Below the pieces are notes generated by a model. The model saw only the letters and a list, made by a program, of their open reading frames with translations, ran no database searches and was not told the origin of the DNA. A program made the position numbers and the translations under genes. Source: a virus. Taken from it: a DNA stretch of 42,816 nt. The stretch lies in IMG/VR virus record IMGVR_UViG_3300023112_000003, one strand, 5' to 3'. Below, one piece after another: positions 42,279-42,816 of this stretch; position 1 is the stretch's first letter; every line of letters starts with the position of its first letter.

Positions 42279-42288
42279 GTCTATAAAT

Positions 42289-42375
42289 ATGGAATTGTGC
42301 TTAAACTGTAATGAAATAATTGAAGGAATACTAAACAAATGTCCACATTGCGGGTTTTGTTTAATCTGTCTATGA
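42289..42375 (+). CDS. possible 28-aa zinc-ribbon peptide
   Basis: Own translation MELCLNCNEIIEGILNKCPHCGFCLICL; ATGA coupling to the next ORF. Confidence 0.3.
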   Translation: MELCLNCNEIIEGILNKCPHCGFCLICL

Positions 42376-42542
42376 GCCAAGAAGAATCTTTAAAGATAAC
42401 AGGGATGAAAATCCGAACGGCAAAAAATGGTAAAGCTGTTACTAGAGCTATGCAAGCCCACATGGAAGCTTTCTTTCCCAAGTCTAAGAATAAAACTACT
42501 GAGGTTGATCCCACTTTAATTTTTAATGGTGGTGTTATTTAA
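42372..42542 (+). CDS. hypothetical protein (56 aa)
   Basis: MSQEESLKITGMKIRTAKNGKAVTRAMQAHMEAFF... Converges on the exonuclease gene with overlapping TAA stops. Confidence 0.35.
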   Translation: MSQEESLKITGMKIRTAKNGKAVTRAMQAHMEAFFPKSKNKTTEVDPTLIFNGGVI

Positions 42543-42816
42543 CGTACTACTCCACGGCCACTTACAGGTGCCTGTGACCAGGTACCACAATCCAAACACA
42601 CATACCTCTGCTGTTTAGAAGCCCTTGTAGGGGCGAAGCCTCTCTTGTGTAGGTTGTCACTATTACACACGGGGCAGTTATATTGTGTATCCATATAGAT
42701 GTTGTAGTTAGGGTGGTTGTTCATCCAAGGTCTAAGCTCCATATATACGTCCTCAAGTAGAGTAATATCCCTTTTATTGTAAAGTTTCATTTTCTTCCAG
42801 GCTTTAGGGTCGTCAT
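42539..42816 (-). CDS. C-terminal part of the DnaQ-like exonuclease (Exo III motif + C-terminal zinc ribbon); same gene as 1..608
   Basis: MKLYNKRDITLLEDVY...CPVCNSDNL..YVCLDCG. Bases 42690..42816 duplicate 1..127. Confidence 0.8.
   Translation of the reverse strand, partial: DDPKAWKKMKLYNKRDITLLEDVYMELRPWMNNHPNYNIYMDTQYNCPVCNSDNLHKRGFAPTRASKQQRYVCLDCGTWSQAPVSGRGVVR
42690..42816. repeat. terminal overlap copy 2 (identical to 1..127)
   Basis: Same comparison. The overlap is bounded exactly by the window ends and lies inside the exonuclease ORF. Confidence 0.95.

Noticed and set aside
42144-42514. Minus-strand ORFs 42144..42380 and 42281..42514.
   Set aside because: They have no SD or TATAAT-ATG start and an odd composition. 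They overlap each other and the better-supported coupled plus-strand pair 42289..42375 / 42372..42542.

Overview
The window is a complete, circularly closing tailed-phage genome. Its unique length is 42,689 bp: bases 1-127 recur exactly at 42690-42816, and this overlap lies inside a gene. About 70 genes sit in two arms.

Minus-strand arm (33953 down to 1, wrapping to 42816-42539): small regulators, terS/terL, portal, scaffold and an HK97-type capsid gene. These are followed by two decoration-like paralogues, a glycosyltransferase/methyltransferase island and a 1099-aa LamG/DUF2341 fibre. The arm ends with podovirus-like adaptor/nozzle/fibre genes, internal virion proteins, an M23 lysis cassette, an HNH gene and a DnaQ-like exonuclease.

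Plus-strand arm (34532-42542): early and accessory genes. These include YopX, HTH and Zn-ribbon proteins, a DUF2829/Tad2-like protein, a PD-(D/E)XK nuclease, GroES+GroEL, an HNH-like protein and a CapD-like sugar-nucleotide dehydratase.

I recognised no tRNA, CRISPR array, integrase, DNA polymerase, primase or helicase.

Lead candidate for a novel system: a virion O-glycosylation apparatus. It comprises four GT-type genes, three methyltransferase-type domains and a distal CapD-like dehydratase. The apparent partner is a set of six long, codon-scrambled poly-Ser (SSSESxS) tracts in four virion proteins.

Other notable points:
- A recurrent TATAAT-N6-9-ATG leaderless promoter layout at 12 minus-strand gene starts.
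- A GroES/GroEL pair.
- A Tad2-like gene.
- An HNH gene flanked by a recoded duplicate of its neighbour's N-terminus.
- A three-member YGIKIxKEG module family in the tail region.

All functional calls come from reading motifs in the translations. No database search or folding program was run.
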